64,000 nt of DNA from Candidatus Latescibacterota bacterium (GTDB taxonomy: Bacteria > Latescibacterota > UBA2968 > UBA8231), in the NCBI GenBank assembly GCA_965203175.1, contig OZ241867.1, positions 2,240,001 through 2,304,000 of the forward strand, read 5' to 3'. Position 1 is the first letter of the stretch, and every line of letters begins with the position of its first letter. Both the position numbers and the translations under genes were made by a program. This document shows, one piece after another, positions 55,648-64,000 of the stretch. Under the pieces are notes generated by a model. It worked only from the letters and a program-made list of their open reading frames with translations. It was not told the DNA's origin and did no database searches.

Positions 55648-55962
55648 TTATAAGTGCTTGGACAACCCACGAGCTAAATCGCCGCGCAAGACGCCGATTA
55701 CTTGGGCATCCTCGCGGCCAAAACTCTGAGTCAGCACTTCCATTGCCTGTACTTGGAAGACGCGCGTTCCCCCGCGTTCTAAGCGAGCCAGTTCGCGCAA
55801 CGTCCGCTGCGCTAGGTCGCTGCTGGCAAATACAAAGGCCAGCCCCTTGGAGCGGCGCACAGCCGACAGGCCGACGACCGTGGCCCCAGAGCGGCAGCCG
55901 ATCCCCAAGAGCGCGGATAGCTGCGCAGTTGGGTCGAGGTAGGGTAGCTCTTGCTCAGACAA
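55648..55962 (-). CDS. L7Ae/L30e-like (YlxQ-like) RNA-binding protein
   Basis: LLGIGCRSGATVVG...VFASSDLA...L.QSFGR....VIGV. Confidence 0.7.
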   Translation of the reverse strand: MSEQELPYLDPTAQLSALLGIGCRSGATVVGLSAVRRSKGLAFVFASSDLAQRTLRELARLERGGTRVFQVQAMEVLTQSFGREDAQVIGVLRGDLARGLSKHL

Positions 55963-56974
55963 AGGCTGGCTTTATGGGCACTGACCCGCGCGTCGCTGAA
56001 ATGTTGGCTGCTTCGAGTACGCCGATTACCCGGCCCGCGGATTCGGGGGTAATGACGAGGTCGGCGCGGCCCCGCAAATGCGCGAAAATGTTTTCGTAGT
56101 ACGCGTCCCAATTGGACTCGGCGAAGGGCACCTCGGCGCTCATCTGGCGGCCGTTGATCACCGTCTTGACGAGGTACTTGCCGCCCGCATCCTCGATCGC
56201 GCCCTTCGTGCCCAGCACCCGCCAGCGCGGCCGCGGACTCATCGACAGGTTGGACATGGTCAGGGTAACGGTGCAGCCGCTGTGGAAGCGCAGCGTGTAT
56301 TCGGAGTGGTCCTCGTTGTCGTATTTTTTCCACGCGGGATTTTTGACTTGAAAGCCGCTGACCGAGGCGATTTTTTCCGGGACGATATTCAAAATCCAAT
56401 CCGTAAAATGCGCGCCCCAGTCGTAGATAGCCCCGCCGGAGATTTTGCGATTGGCGCGCCACCAAGTCCCCTGCTCGCCGTAGCCGTAAAATCCAGCTTC
56501 GATGCGGAAGACGGGACCGATGATTTGCTCTTTGAGAATTAGATCGCGCAGCACCACAAAGTCGCCGTCCCAGCGCCGGTTGTGAAACGTCGAGAGCAGG
56601 ACCTTGTTCTTTTTGGCCGCCGCCTGCATGCGCTTGACTTCGGCGCTGGTAATGGCGAGGGGCTTCTCGCAGACTACGTGGATCCCGGCATTGAGGCACT
56701 GCACCGCTAGCTTGGCGTGTGTGTTGTGCGGGGTGATGATGGTCACCAAGTCCAAGTTCGCGTTCCGCAGCATGGCACCGACGCGGCCGTAGGTCTTGAT
56801 GCCGGGAAAGTCCTCTTCCGCTACTTGACGCCGCTCGGGATCCAGCTCGCAAACAGCGGCCACTTCTACGCCCTCGTTTTTGGCCATGGAGGTTAAATGC
56901 AACTGACCCATATTGAACGCGCTGCTATAGCCTATAACACCTACGCGGAAGTGCTCCTGTTTTTTTGCCGCCAC
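55955..56974 (-). CDS. Gfo/Idh/MocA oxidoreductase
   Basis: VGVIGY, TPHNTH, HVVCEKP, FHNRRWDGDF, DWGAHFTD. Confidence 0.93.
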   Translation of the reverse strand: MAAKKQEHFRVGVIGYSSAFNMGQLHLTSMAKNEGVEVAAVCELDPERRQVAEEDFPGIKTYGRVGAMLRNANLDLVTIITPHNTHAKLAVQCLNAGIHVVCEKPLAITSAEVKRMQAAAKKNKVLLSTFHNRRWDGDFVVLRDLILKEQIIGPVFRIEAGFYGYGEQGTWWRANRKISGGAIYDWGAHFTDWILNIVPEKIASVSGFQVKNPAWKKYDNEDHSEYTLRFHSGCTVTLTMSNLSMSPRPRWRVLGTKGAIEDAGGKYLVKTVINGRQMSAEVPFAESNWDAYYENIFAHLRGRADLVITPESAGRVIGVLEAANISATRGSVPIKPAFV

Positions 56975-57124
56975 AATGTGCTCCTCTGTTTAAGGGGTTT
57001 GAAGCCGCGAATCTGCAAAATGCCGCTGTGCGCGTCAATGCGGCTGGTTTGTCCGCGTCCTAGTCTTTTAATATGTTGAACGGAACGAAATTGTCCTCTC
57101 CACAATTAAAATCCCACACGACAA

Positions 57125-60100
57125 ATGGAAACAAGACTAACGAGAAAAGACCTAGCCTTTATCGGCGGCTGCGTACTCCTTGCCGCCGTTAGTTTGGCCG
57201 TTGGAGTTCACTACTTCTACCGGGCTTTTCCCGAAGCCTCAATCGACTTCCGCGTCACCCGCGACGAGGCCAAGGAGCAGGCGGTCGATTTTATCGCCGC
57301 CCGCGGCTTTGATCTGGCCGATTACCGCCACAGCGCCATTTTCCGCTACGACGAACAGACCAAGACCTTTCTCGAGCGCGAGTTGGGTCTGGAGGGGGCC
57401 ACGCAGGTCATTGGCAATCCCGTGCAGTTGTGGCGCTGGAGCAACCGCTGGGTAAAGGAGCTGGAAAAGGAAGAGTTTCAGGCCACGGTTACGACTTCTG
57501 GCGATCTTGTCAGTTTTAGTCACCTCATCGAGGAAGAGGCACCCGGCGCGAGCCTCGAAGAAGCCGAAGCTCGCCGCTTGGCCGAGACCTTTCTCACCAG
57601 CGAGCTCGGCCGCGACCTCGCCGCGCTCGAATTCGTAGAAGTCCAGACCCAGGAACGACCTAACCGCGTCGACCACACCTTTAGCTGGAAACTGCGCGAC
57701 TTCGCCGTTGGCGAGGCCTACTACCGCTTCTACGTGCGGCTGCAAGGCGACCAGATCGGCGGCTTTGGCGAGTATCTCAAAATCCCCGAGGCGTGGGAGC
57801 GCGACTTCGCCGAGCTGCGGTCGCATAACGAGACCACGGGCTTAGTGGCCGGGACCTTACTCATCCTGACCATCCTGGCGATGCTGGTTTCGTTCTTTAT
57901 CGGCGTTCGCGCCCGAGATATCCGCTGGAAGACTGCCGCGATCTTCGGGGCCATCGCCACGGTTCTGACGCTACTGGCCGAACTCAACAACCTGCCGCTG
58001 ACCGCGTTTGACTACGACACGACCGATACATACGGGTCTTTTCTGACGAGACAGTTGCTCAACAGTCTGTTTGCCGCCGCCGCCCAAGGCATCCTCATCT
58101 TCTTTCTCACCGCGGCGGCTGAGCCTTTGTACCGACGCTACTACGCGAACCAAATTCAGATTGGGGGCCAGTTTACGCCAGCGGGCCTGCGCACCAAGCG
58201 CTTTCTCCTCGGCACCATTCTCGGCTTGGCCATGACCCCGGCCTTCTTGGCCTACCAGGTGATCTTTTACATCACGGCCGAACAGTTGGTCGGCGCTTGG
58301 GGTCCGGCGCACATTCCCTACAGCGAGATGGTCAACACCTATATCCCGTGGATCATGGTGCTGTTGATCGGCTTTATGCCCGCGGTCTTCGAGGAGTTTA
58401 TCTCCCGGGCGTTTTCGATTCCCTTCCTGCACAAATACCTCAAGTTCCGCTGGGTTGCGGTCGTCATCGCGGGCCTTATATGGGGATTCGCCCATGCCAA
58501 CTATCCGCAGCAGCCCTTTTACATTCGCGGCATTGAGGTAGGCATCGCCGGTATTGTCGTTGGCTATATTTTTCTCCGGTTCGGGATTCTCGCCCCTCTC
58601 GTATGGCACTATACGATTGACGCCCTGTACACGTCCCTAATCCTCTTCCGCTCGTCCAACAGCTACTTCGTCGTTTCAGCGGCCTTGTCGACGGGTCTGA
58701 TGCTCCTGCCCTTGGCAGTGGCTCTCGTCCTCTACCTGCGGCAACGTCGCTTCGCCGACCCAACGCCCTTGCTCAACAAAAGCGCTGCGCCCCCCGCCTC
58801 GGAAGCCGCCGCGGACGAGCCTACAGCGCAACAGCCCGCCGCCCCGGCCCCCACGTTTGTCTATACCCCGCTGTCTAAACGACGCCTAGGTTGGGCCGTC
58901 GCGGTGGTCGTGGTCTCGCTGGGCTTTTTCGCCCTCGATTACGAGAAGCCGCTCGACTTTGTCGATGTCCGCCTGACCCAGGGCGAGGCCGAGGCCAAGG
59001 CCGTTGAGTATCTAAAGGCGACCGGTGCGGATCCCTCGGCATACGAAGTGGTCACCTATTATCAAAACCAGCCGAACACGATGGCGATCCGGTACATCTT
59101 GGAGCGCGACTCGGTGGCCGTGGTCAATCGCCTATACCAAAAAGATCTGTTGGCCAGCTTGTGGGTGACGCGCTTTTTCCGCTATGGAGAAAAGGAGGAA
59201 TACAGAGTTGCCGTTCATCCGGAAGACGGTTCCCTCTATAGCATAAACCACCTGCTGGCCGAAGAGGCCGAGGGTGCGGACCTCGAAGAGGCACAAGCCC
59301 AGGCAATAGCTGTCGAGCACCTACGTGCCTTCGGCTTTGACGTCGAGGAATTGGAGCTCAAGGAATCCTCGTCGGAAAAGCTGCCCAACCGCCGCGATCA
59401 CCGCTTCGTCTTTGAGGCTGTCGAGGGCGACCCGCGCAACGTCGATGAGCTGCGCTATCGAGTGCGGGTCAACGTCGCCGGCGACGAGCCGGTTTCCATC
59501 TATCGCTTCCTCAAAGTGCCCGAGGATTGGCAACGTGAGCGCGAAGAGGGCACCACGCTCAAGACCGCGCTTTCCGGCCTGCTCATCGTCTTGATTGCCG
59601 CGGTGGTGATCCACGGCCTGTGGCTGCTCGTGCGTCGCGTGCGGAACGAGGGCATAGTTTGGGCACCGCTGATCAAAATTGCCGCGATTGTCGCGGCCTT
59701 CTTATTACTCGAATTTCTCAATGGCCTGTCGGTTGTCGAACGCGCCTACGATACCCGCCTCACGCTGTCGATCTTTACCATTACCCAAATACTCAGCATT
59801 ATCTTGGGCAGCTTGGGGGTCGGCTTGATGATTGTCGCGGCTCTCGGCTTAGCCACCAGCCTCTATCCAGACTGGTCGGCGCGCCTGCGGGTCGCGCGGC
59901 GCGTGCCCGAATTCCGCGACGCTGTCGTCGGGGTTGCGCTGATCCTCGTCGCCAGAGAGGCGTGGCAGCACTTGCGCGGCTACGTAGAGAGCCGATTTAT
60001 CGCCTCCGACCCGAGTCTCGGCTTTGGGCTACCCTCTGGATTGGACCAGTATCTGCCCTTTTGGAATCCCCTGTCCGACGGCGTAATGAACGCCATCTTC

Positions 60101-60478
60101 CTCCCAATTATCGCCGGCTTAGTGCTCTACTATAGCCGCGTGGTAATAAAAAAGCGGCTCTACGCAGTCGTGGCGGGTTTGGGGGTGGGATTGATTATGT
60201 CCGGCGGCAATGCCGTTCACTTCGACGAATTCCTCTTTGAGTTGTTGACGTTTGTCACTAGTATCGGCTTCGTCGTCGCTGCAATCGTCTTGCTCTTGCG
60301 GAACAACCTCCTCGCGTACGTGCTGTTGGGGTTTGTCTCGGTGCTCTTGGAGGTCAAGAGCCTCGGCGCGCTGTCTGCGCCGGCCTATCAGTTGCAAGCC
60401 GGGATTCTGTTGCTGCTGACTCTTCTGGTGGTCTTCTGCCTGTGGTGGCGTTTGGGCGCTGAGCGCGAGGCGTCCTAG
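57125..60478 (+). CDS. Large CPBP (CAAX/Abi) intramembrane metalloprotease with duplicated architecture
   Basis: PAVFEEFISR, WGFAHANY, LVWHYTID; the extracytoplasmic segment E(R/L)PNRxDHxF occurs in both halves. Confidence 0.88.
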   Translation: METRLTRKDLAFIGGCVLLAAVSLAVGVHYFYRAFPEASIDFRVTRDEAKEQAVDFIAARGFDLADYRHSAIFRYDEQTKTFLERELGLEGATQVIGNPVQLWRWSNRWVKELEKEEFQATVTTSGDLVSFSHLIEEEAPGASLEEAEARRLAETFLTSELGRDLAALEFVEVQTQERPNRVDHTFSWKLRDFAVGEAYYRFYVRLQGDQIGGFGEYLKIPEAWERDFAELRSHNETTGLVAGTLLILTILAMLVSFFIGVRARDIRWKTAAIFGAIATVLTLLAELNNLPLTAFDYDTTDTYGSFLTRQLLNSLFAAAAQGILIFFLTAAAEPLYRRYYANQIQIGGQFTPAGLRTKRFLLGTILGLAMTPAFLAYQVIFYITAEQLVGAWGPAHIPYSEMVNTYIPWIMVLLIGFMPAVFEEFISRAFSIPFLHKYLKFRWVAVVIAGLIWGFAHANYPQQPFYIRGIEVGIAGIVVGYIFLRFGILAPLVWHYTIDALYTSLILFRSSNSYFVVSAALSTGLMLLPLAVALVLYLRQRRFADPTPLLNKSAAPPASEAAADEPTAQQPAAPAPTFVYTPLSKRRLGWAVAVVVVSLGFFALDYEKPLDFVDVRLTQGEAEAKAVEYLKATGADPSAYEVVTYYQNQPNTMAIRYILERDSVAVVNRLYQKDLLASLWVTRFFRYGEKEEYRVAVHPEDGSLYSINHLLAEEAEGADLEEAQAQAIAVEHLRAFGFDVEELELKESSSEKLPNRRDHRFVFEAVEGDPRNVDELRYRVRVNVAGDEPVSIYRFLKVPEDWQREREEGTTLKTALSGLLIVLIAAVVIHGLWLLVRRVRNEGIVWAPLIKIAAIVAAFLLLEFLNGLSVVERAYDTRLTLSIFTITQILSIILGSLGVGLMIVAALGLATSLYPDWSARLRVARRVPEFRDAVVGVALILVAREAWQHLRGYVESRFIASDPSLGFGLPSGLDQYLPFWNPLSDGVMNAIFLPIIAGLVLYYSRVVIKKRLYAVVAGLGVGLIMSGGNAVHFDEFLFELLTFVTSIGFVVAAIVLLLRNNLLAYVLLGFVSVLLEVKSLGALSAPAYQLQAGILLLLTLLVVFCLWWRLGAEREAS

Positions 60479-60485
60479 GCGCGAG

Positions 60486-61735
60486 TGATGGAGCTTATTT
60501 CCTACGTCGCCCTGCTGTGGGCATCGTTCGAGCGCCTAGTGGCGGGGATTCCGCGCTTCCTCATCTTCGCCACGGCGACGTACATCATCCTCTATTTTAC
60601 AACGCTGGCCTTGGTTGCTGGGGTATATCGGCACTGGTGGCGCGCCACTTGGTTTCGCCGTCTGTTCTACTGGCAGTTTCCCGTGGCCCTATTGGGCGCG
60701 GTGTTTCGCATCCTGAGCCGCTACTACGATGTGCCTTGGCTGTGGGCTGTCGGTACGAGCCTGTTCTCGGCCCTCACTCTTTACCTCGGGGCCTTCTTCA
60801 TAGCCGCACTGCTGATGACGCCGGTTGTCGTGGGCGTTTTGCTCTACGACCGCTTGCGGCAAGGGGGGGCAGAGGAACCTAGCTCGTTTGAGCGGCGGCG
60901 CTTCCTCAGCCGCGGCCTCGCTGTGGTGCCCGCTCTCGGGGCGGTGGGCGTCAGCCACGGCATCTACACCTCTTGCACTCACGCGCGGATGCCTGCAGTG
61001 CCGCTCCGCTATCCCGACCTGCCCGCCGAGTTAGAGGGCTTAAAGATCCTCCATCTCAGCGACATGCACATCGGGCCGTACGTCCAGCTCGCCGACCTCG
61101 AAGCCCTGCTCGCGCGCGCGGCTCAAGCCGCACCGGACTTGATCGCGATCACCGGCGATGTATGCGACCACAATCCGGATTACTTGGCGACCCTGCGCCT
61201 GATCGAAAGTGTACCAGTCCGGCTTGGGACCTACGCCAGCTTGGGCAACCACGAGTACATGCGCGGCATCCGCCGCATCCGTCGGCACTTCGACCAGACT
61301 GCGATTCCCTTGCTCGTGAATGAAGGGCTGGTGGTGCCGGTGGGCGCGGCGACGCTCTACCTCGGCGGGGTTGACGATCCGCGCTTCCTGCGCAGCCCGG
61401 CGTCCTACGCACGACTCCGCAACTCAGTGGAAAAGGCCGCAAGCGCGTCGCCGAGCGATGCCTTCACTGTGCTGCTGAGCCACCGCTCGCAAGCCCTTGA
61501 CTACGCCGCGCCCCTCGGCGGCACTGACTTGATTCTGGCTGGTCACACGCATGGTTTCCAGCTAGGCATGGCTGGGCGCAGCTTTTTTGAGCCGTTTTTT
61601 CCCGAGCGCTATATCTGGGGGCACTACGAAAAGGGATCCACTCAGCTTTACACCACGGCCGGCGTTGGGCACTGGCTGCCCTTCCGCTTCGGCTGCCCGC
61701 CCGAAGCCCCGATCATCACCCTGCACCGAGCTTAA
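60486..61735 (+). CDS. Membrane-anchored metallophosphoesterase (YkuE-like)
   Basis: SDMH, TGD, LGNHE, LSH, GHTHG. Confidence 0.92.
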
Positions 61736-61750
61736 AGAAAGGAAAGTGCT

Positions 61751-62449
61751 ATGCGCGTACTTGTAACCGGCGCAGCCGGCCGTGTCGGCTCTACTGTAGC
61801 CCGCGGCCTCAAGGATCGCCACGAGGTGCGCGGTCACGACCGCGTGCCCATGCCCGACCTCACTGATACGGTCGTCTCCGACCTCACCGACTTTGACTCC
61901 ATGCTAGAGGCTACGCGGGATGTAGACGCCGTTGCCCACATTGGGGGTCTGCCCGGCGGCAACGAGTGGGAGACGATGCTGCAGAGCAACTTCATCGGCA
62001 CGTACAACGTCTTTGAGGCCGCGCGCCAAAACGGCGTCAAGCGCGTCGCCTATGCCAGCCGCGCCGGGGTCTTAACGCTCTATCCGCGCAGCATTCACCG
62101 CACGGTCGATATGACTACCACCCCAGTGGGTATCTACACAGTCAGCAAGGTTTTCGCCGAGGCGCTGGCCCACTCTTTTGCCCATCAGCACGACATGGAA
62201 TTTGTCTGCGTGCGCATCGGCAACTTCAACATTGAGCGCGACCAGCCCGAACATCCGCACCATCTCAGCCACGGCGATTGCGTGCGGGTTTTTGAGCAGG
62301 CGCTGATTCATCCGGGCGTAAAGTTTGAAATCGTCTTTGGGGTGTCGGGCAGCAACTGGCCACTCTACGATGTCGAACACGGCAAGAGGGCGATTGGGTA
62401 TGAGCCGCAGGATTATTCGGAGGTGCCGGAAGAAGAGTGGGGGAGGTAG
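61751..62449 (+). CDS. NAD-dependent epimerase/dehydratase (uronate dehydrogenase-like)
   Basis: VTGAAGRVG, NFIGTYNVFEAA, YTVSK, VRIG. Confidence 0.9.
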   Translation: MRVLVTGAAGRVGSTVARGLKDRHEVRGHDRVPMPDLTDTVVSDLTDFDSMLEATRDVDAVAHIGGLPGGNEWETMLQSNFIGTYNVFEAARQNGVKRVAYASRAGVLTLYPRSIHRTVDMTTTPVGIYTVSKVFAEALAHSFAHQHDMEFVCVRIGNFNIERDQPEHPHHLSHGDCVRVFEQALIHPGVKFEIVFGVSGSNWPLYDVEHGKRAIGYEPQDYSEVPEEEWGR

Positions 62450-62528
62450 GGCTGCTTAGACACCAATGAGACACTGACAGCGGTAAAATGCGTTGGACGC
62501 TTGGGCTTGAGACGATGGGCACTTTTGC

Positions 62529-62556
62529 TTGACAGTCTCCGAGTCCTTGGTACATT
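62529..62556 (+). promoter_or_regulatory. Sigma70 promoter of the capsid-antitoxin/VapC operon
   Basis: TTGACA (62529-34)-N16-TACATT (62551-56), with an extended -10 TG. Confidence 0.6.
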
Positions 62557-62580
62557 TCACAACATCATTAAAAAACGACA

Positions 62581-62616
62581 TAAGGCGGGTACCTCTGCGA
62601 TGGAGATACCCGCTTA
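62581..62616. promoter_or_regulatory. Imperfect inverted repeat in the 5' leader
   Basis: TAAGGCGGGTACCTC...GGAGATACCCGCTTA. Confidence 0.5.
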
Positions 62617-62657
62617 AAAATATGCAATCAGACGTTGCAGTAGTCAGAAGAAACGAT

Positions 62658-63620
62658 ATGACAGATTCGGAGCTTCAGAAAAGTCGAGAGCTTCTCGAAA
62701 GTTTGACGGTCGAGAGCTTACAGACCTCAGAAGGCCAGGAAGAATTTAATCAGGCGGCGGGAAAGTACATTCGGGGCAAGATCAAAAAGATGTCTTTGTT
62801 TTACAAGGTGATGCCCCCCCAGATCGTAACCGAAGACAAATTGGAGACCATCCTTGGCAACGCGACGGGCGAGCAGCCTGATCTAAGATGCTTCAGGCCC
62901 AGTGTACAGAAGCCAGGCATGGCGATGTTGATGGACATGGGTGGCGAGCCAGTCCCCGAGTATGTAGACGGTAAACAGCGGCTTCTCATCCCGATGCGTA
63001 CTGTCAAGACCAAGTGGTTTGAAAAGACCGCCGAGGAGCTTTCAGGCTCTGGCATCCTGAAGGTTGTCGAGGAGATGGCCTCTTGGGAGGTCAAGGAGCG
63101 TGACAGGAAATTTCTGAAGTACTGCGAGCTAGTGGTCGCGCAGTCGGGACAGGTGCTTAGAGAGAATAGTCCCCTGCAGCACGATCATTTCCGCAAAATT
63201 CAGCATCCGGCTCAGGGTCATGAGATCATGCCCAAGATGGTTCTTCTATCCGAAATAGCCTTCATGGACTTGGACCTACCAGACTCTGCTACAGAGATTA
63301 ACCCCATGACATGTATTCGCTCAATCGACAACGATATACTTGCTTCGACAGAGATATGGTCTTTTCCAGCACCAGACTCTCTGGGATACAATCTGTATTG
63401 CGGGAATTACAAGGTCCAGAGTCAGAGGAAAGCGGACGGGTGGAGGTTCATAGGATGGGAGATGGTTGGTGCAGGCATTGGCAATATCAATGGCATTACT
63501 AAGCTCACTATAACGTCGTCTCGCCGGTTGGGTTTTATGGACGGAGAGATCAAAGTCCCCGACGACTTCGACAGCATGGGCGATTCTGAGATAGAGAAGA
63601 TGTTCGAGGAGGATGAGTGA
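62658..63620 (+). CDS. Phage major-capsid-like (HK97-fold) domain fused to a Phd/VapB-type antitoxin C-terminal tail (start 62622 or 62658)
   Basis: Capsid-like blocks L.TSEG.E...GKYIR, MPPQIVT, WFEKTAEEL, RDRKFL, IRSIDNDIL, WEMVGAGIGNINGITKL; tail RRLGFMDGEIKVPDDFDSMGDSEIEKMF (63522-63620). Confidence 0.7.
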   Translation: MTDSELQKSRELLESLTVESLQTSEGQEEFNQAAGKYIRGKIKKMSLFYKVMPPQIVTEDKLETILGNATGEQPDLRCFRPSVQKPGMAMLMDMGGEPVPEYVDGKQRLLIPMRTVKTKWFEKTAEELSGSGILKVVEEMASWEVKERDRKFLKYCELVVAQSGQVLRENSPLQHDHFRKIQHPAQGHEIMPKMVLLSEIAFMDLDLPDSATEINPMTCIRSIDNDILASTEIWSFPAPDSLGYNLYCGNYKVQSQRKADGWRFIGWEMVGAGIGNINGITKLTITSSRRLGFMDGEIKVPDDFDSMGDSEIEKMFEEDE

Positions 63621-64000
63621 CTTTATTACTGGATACTCATCTGTTGCTGTGGGCGGCAGGCGACTCAGGACAGTTGTCATCGAAAGCTCAGAATCTTCTC
63701 GGCGACCCCGCTACGGAGCTGATGTTCAGCACCGCAAGCATTTGGGAGATCGTCATCAAGAGCGCACTCGACAGAGACGACTTTCGCGTTGACCCGCAGC
63801 GGTTTCGGAATGGCCTGATACAAAACGGCTACAGCGAACTAGAGATTCGATCCGAACACGCGCTCGCTGTCGGGTCTCTGCCGCTAATTCACAAGGACCC
63901 CTTCGACCGCATACTCATAGCGCAAGCGCAGGTCGAAAATGTCACGCTGCTTACCACGGACGACAAGATGGCCCGCTATTCCGGTCCCATCCAAGTGGTC
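63617..64000 (+). CDS. vapC: PIN-domain VapC toxin (stop just beyond the window)
   Basis: GTG overlaps the upstream TGA (GTGA). MTLLLDTHLLLWAAG...STASIWEIVIK...HKDPFDRILIAQAQVE..TLLTTDD; acidic catalytic residues intact. Confidence 0.93.
   Translation, partial: MTLLLDTHLLLWAAGDSGQLSSKAQNLLGDPATELMFSTASIWEIVIKSALDRDDFRVDPQRFRNGLIQNGYSELEIRSEHALAVGSLPLIHKDPFDRILIAQAQVENVTLLTTDDKMARYSGPIQVV

Noticed and set aside
62529-62621. TTG start at 62529 given by the ORF track
   Set aside because: That TTG is part of a TTGACA -35 box. ATG 62622 or 62658 is more plausible.
62450-64000. Prophage at the right end
   Set aside because: No integrase, terminase, portal or tail genes in the window, and the capsid-like ORF is fused to an antitoxin tail. 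Sequence beyond the window is unseen.

Overview
A GC-rich bacterial chromosome segment, mostly metabolic and transport genes. Ankyrin arrays, sulfatase/PhyH/Gfo-Idh-MocA enzymes and C-terminal 'SWGxxK' secreted proteins suggest a Latescibacterota/Poribacteria-like sponge-symbiont lineage (inference). No rRNA, tRNA or CRISPR array was seen. The strongest signal is at the right end (62.5-64 kb): an apparent phage major-capsid-like (HK97-fold) domain is fused in frame to a Phd/VapB-type antitoxin C-terminal tail, and translationally coupled to an intact PIN/VapC toxin. No other phage genes are present in the window, so this is a candidate capsid-decoy toxin-antitoxin anti-phage system. Other highlights: (1) a 1060-bp unit with 12-bp terminal inverted repeats and a 7-bp target duplication, whose only gene is an Rpn-family nuclease with a sigma54 promoter and an internal RpnS-like start; (2) a decayed defence island (MmeI-like and MTase remnants, IS5-truncated HEPN gene, frameshifted PIN toxin); (3) a close bacterial homolog of animal ANKH; (4) a cytoplasmic beta-propeller/sigma54 activator next to its probable enhancer and target; (5) an ElbD-like ether-lipid synthase among lgt, lipid kinase and Mla/MCE genes. 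All family assignments come from motif recognition and recalled sequences, not database searches.
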